Origin: Gemmatimonadota bacterium
Lineage (GTDB): Bacteria > Gemmatimonadota > Gemmatimonadetes > Palauibacterales > Palauibacteraceae
Direction: 5' to 3'
DNA: 64,000 nt
NCBI GenBank assembly: GCA_965116475.1
Contig: OZ220691.1
Coordinates: 2,464,001 to 2,528,000, forward strand
Within the stretch, counting starts at the first letter, position 1. The number at the start of each line of letters is the position of its first letter. Both the position numbers and the translations under genes were made by a program. The notes beneath the pieces were generated by a model. It saw only the letters and a program-made list of their open reading frames with translations. It did not search any database and was not told where the DNA came from. Below are positions 62,139 to 64,000 of this stretch, piece by piece.

Positions 62139-63998
62139 CTAGTGTGGCGAGGAGTGCCGCCGGACGGGGGCCTGCGCGCTCCACGGGCCGTGCGCGTCGC
62201 ACATCTCGGTCGGTTCCGTCCCTTCGAGGTAGATCTCGACGTAGCGGACATCGAGCGGACACCAGCGCGTGGACAGCAATCCCGTGGTCTCGCTAACGGT
62301 CCGCTCGATGAGGCCGGGCGGCCGCTCCCACGCGGCCGGGTGTTCGTGCGTCTCGTAGTAATGCGCCAGCACCGCCGCTCCGACCGGCGCCGCCGTGCCC
62401 CCGCCCGTGGCGCCCGTATAGATGCGGCGGGGCCGGTCGTGCCCGATCCACGTCGTCGTCACGAGATCCGGCGTGAATCCGACGAACCAGGTGTTGGTCG
62501 CGTCGTTCGTCGTTCCCGTCTTGCCCGCCACCGGAACGGAGAAGGGAATCGCATAGCGGGACCTCACCGCCAGCGTCCCCGTCCCCTGGTCCACCGCGTC
62601 CCGCAGCATGGACTGGGCGACCCAGGCGATGTCCCGCTCCAGCACCCGCTCACGCTGAACCCGGCTCTCCCAGAGCACGCGGCCGTCCTTGCTCTCCACG
62701 CGAAGGATCGACCGGGGCGAGACCCGCACGCCGAGGTTGGCGAACGTGCTGTAGGCGGCGGCAATCTCGATCGGACGGACATCCATCGAGCCGATCGCGG
62801 CCGACGGCACGCGCGGGACGCTCGAGGCGATCCCCATGCGTTCGGCCATCTGCGCGAACGATTCCTCGCCGACGCGCTGCCCCAGCTTGACGGCCACGAT
62901 GTTGATGGACCGGGCCAGCGCGCGCCGCAGCGTCATCGGGCCCTTGAAGTCGTTGTCGAAATTGCGCGGCGCGTAGGGATCGCCGCCGACGTTCTCGAGG
63001 TAGTACGGCTGGTCGTAGATGATCTCGGATGCGGGGATCCCGGCCGCGATCGCCGTCGCGTAGACGAACGGCTTGAACACGGATCCGGGTTGCCGGATGG
63101 CCTGGGTCGCGCGGTTGAACTCGGAGTCGCCGAAATCGCGCCCACCCACCATCGCCCGCACGTCGCCGGTCGCCGCGTCCAGCGCGACGAACATCCCCTG
63201 CAGATAGGGCATCTCGGCGCCTCCGCGGCTCACCTGATACAAGCTGTCCGGCGGCCACGCCCGCACTTCCTCGAAGGTGACGCCGGAATAGGCCGGGTGC
63301 CGGTCCACCCACTCCAACTGGGCGAGCAGCGCGGAATCCGCGACCGCCTGGAGGTCCGGGTCGAGCGTCGTGTAGACGCGGAACCCCTTCTCGTAGATGT
63401 CGGTGCCGTATCGGTCGTACAGCCGCTGCCGCACCCATTCCACGAAGTACGGCGCGTCCTGCTCGATGCGGGCTCCCCTCGCAAGCTCCAGCGGGTACGC
63501 CTTCGCCGCCTCGGCGTCCTCGGTGCTCACGAGTCCCTGGGCGGCCATCAGTTGAAGGACGAGATTGCGCCGTCCGATCGCCCGCTCCGGGCGGCGGATC
63601 GGATTGTACCCCGCCGGATTCCGCGGGATCGCCGCGAGGAGCGCCGCCTCCGGCAGATTGAGTTGCGCGGCGGTCTTCCCGAAGTACCGCTCCGCCGCGG
63701 CCTGGACTCCGAACACCCCGTCAAAGTTGATCTGGTTGAGGTAGGCCTCGAGGATCTCCCACTTGCTGTACGCGCGCTCCAGGTCGATCGCGACCCGCAT
63801 CTCGCGCAGCTTCCTGCGCACGCTGATGTCGCGCCGGTTCACGGAACTCTCGAACATGTTGCCCGCGAGCTGCTGCGTGATCGAACTGCCGCCCGCGGCC
63901 CCGTACCCTCTCAGCAGGAAATCGAAGAAGGCGCGCGTCGTCCGCAGCAGATCCACCCCGGCGTGTCCCCAGAAGCGCTTGTCCTCGACCGCGATGAA
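62139..63998 (-). CDS. Class A penicillin-binding protein (PBP1A family), 5' end outside the window
   Basis: EDKRF, GGSSITQQLA, RKLRE, YLNQI; transpeptidase motifs SVFK (SxxK), SIN (SxN), KTG. Confidence 0.93.
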   Translation of the reverse strand, partial: FIAVEDKRFWGHAGVDLLRTTRAFFDFLLRGYGAAGGSSITQQLAGNMFESSVNRRDISVRRKLREMRVAIDLERAYSKWEILEAYLNQINFDGVFGVQAAAERYFGKTAAQLNLPEAALLAAIPRNPAGYNPIRRPERAIGRRNLVLQLMAAQGLVSTEDAEAAKAYPLELARGARIEQDAPYFVEWVRQRLYDRYGTDIYEKGFRVYTTLDPDLQAVADSALLAQLEWVDRHPAYSGVTFEEVRAWPPDSLYQVSRGGAEMPYLQGMFVALDAATGDVRAMVGGRDFGDSEFNRATQAIRQPGSVFKPFVYATAIAAGIPASEIIYDQPYYLENVGGDPYAPRNFDNDFKGPMTLRRALARSINIVAVKLGQRVGEESFAQMAERMGIASSVPRVPSAAIGSMDVRPIEIAAAYSTFANLGVRVSPRSILRVESKDGRVLWESRVQRERVLERDIAWVAQSMLRDAVDQGTGTLAVRSRYAIPFSVPVAGKTGTTNDATNTWFVGFTPDLVTTTWIGHDRPRRIYTGATGGGTAAPVGAAVLAHYYETHEHPAAWERPPGLIERTVSETTGLLSTRWCPLDVRYVEIYLEGTEPTEMCDAHGPWSAQAPVRRHSSPH

Positions 63999-64000
63999 GG

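Overview
High-GC bacterial chromosomal window that is almost entirely coding. Gene order and protein style suggest Gemmatimonadota, possibly a marine or sponge-associated lineage (inference). In order it carries: a type IVa pilus cluster (pilB-pilT-pilC, major pilin, three minor pilins, pilMNOPQ); aroC-aroK-topA-xerC-hslV-hslU-argF; a GcvT-MogA/MoaB fusion coupled to a sigma-54 activator; a four-gene DUF1214/sulfotransferase/SDR/SRPBCC cassette; a proteostasis block (dnaK-degP-tRNA-Leu-tig-clpP-clpX-engB); nucleoside salvage genes (nupC, PNP, deoC, ALDH16-type aldehyde dehydrogenase, pdp) interrupted by a beta-propeller lipoprotein and katG; thiD, a TrmH methylase, pilD and moxR; a complete F1Fo ATP synthase operon; a 23S-5S rRNA unit with its own promoter and no 16S gene; thiE-mltG-ruvX-V4R; and a partial PBP1A. 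I saw no CRISPR array, prophage or IS element. The most notable signals are the GcvT-Moco-domain fusion, a sigma-54 promoter with two candidate enhancer palindromes upstream of dnaK, tandem Rex-type operators upstream of the atp operon, the unlinked 23S-5S unit, the sulfotransferase cassette, and recurrent short tandem duplications at gene junctions. All family assignments come from motif recognition by eye; no database searches were run.
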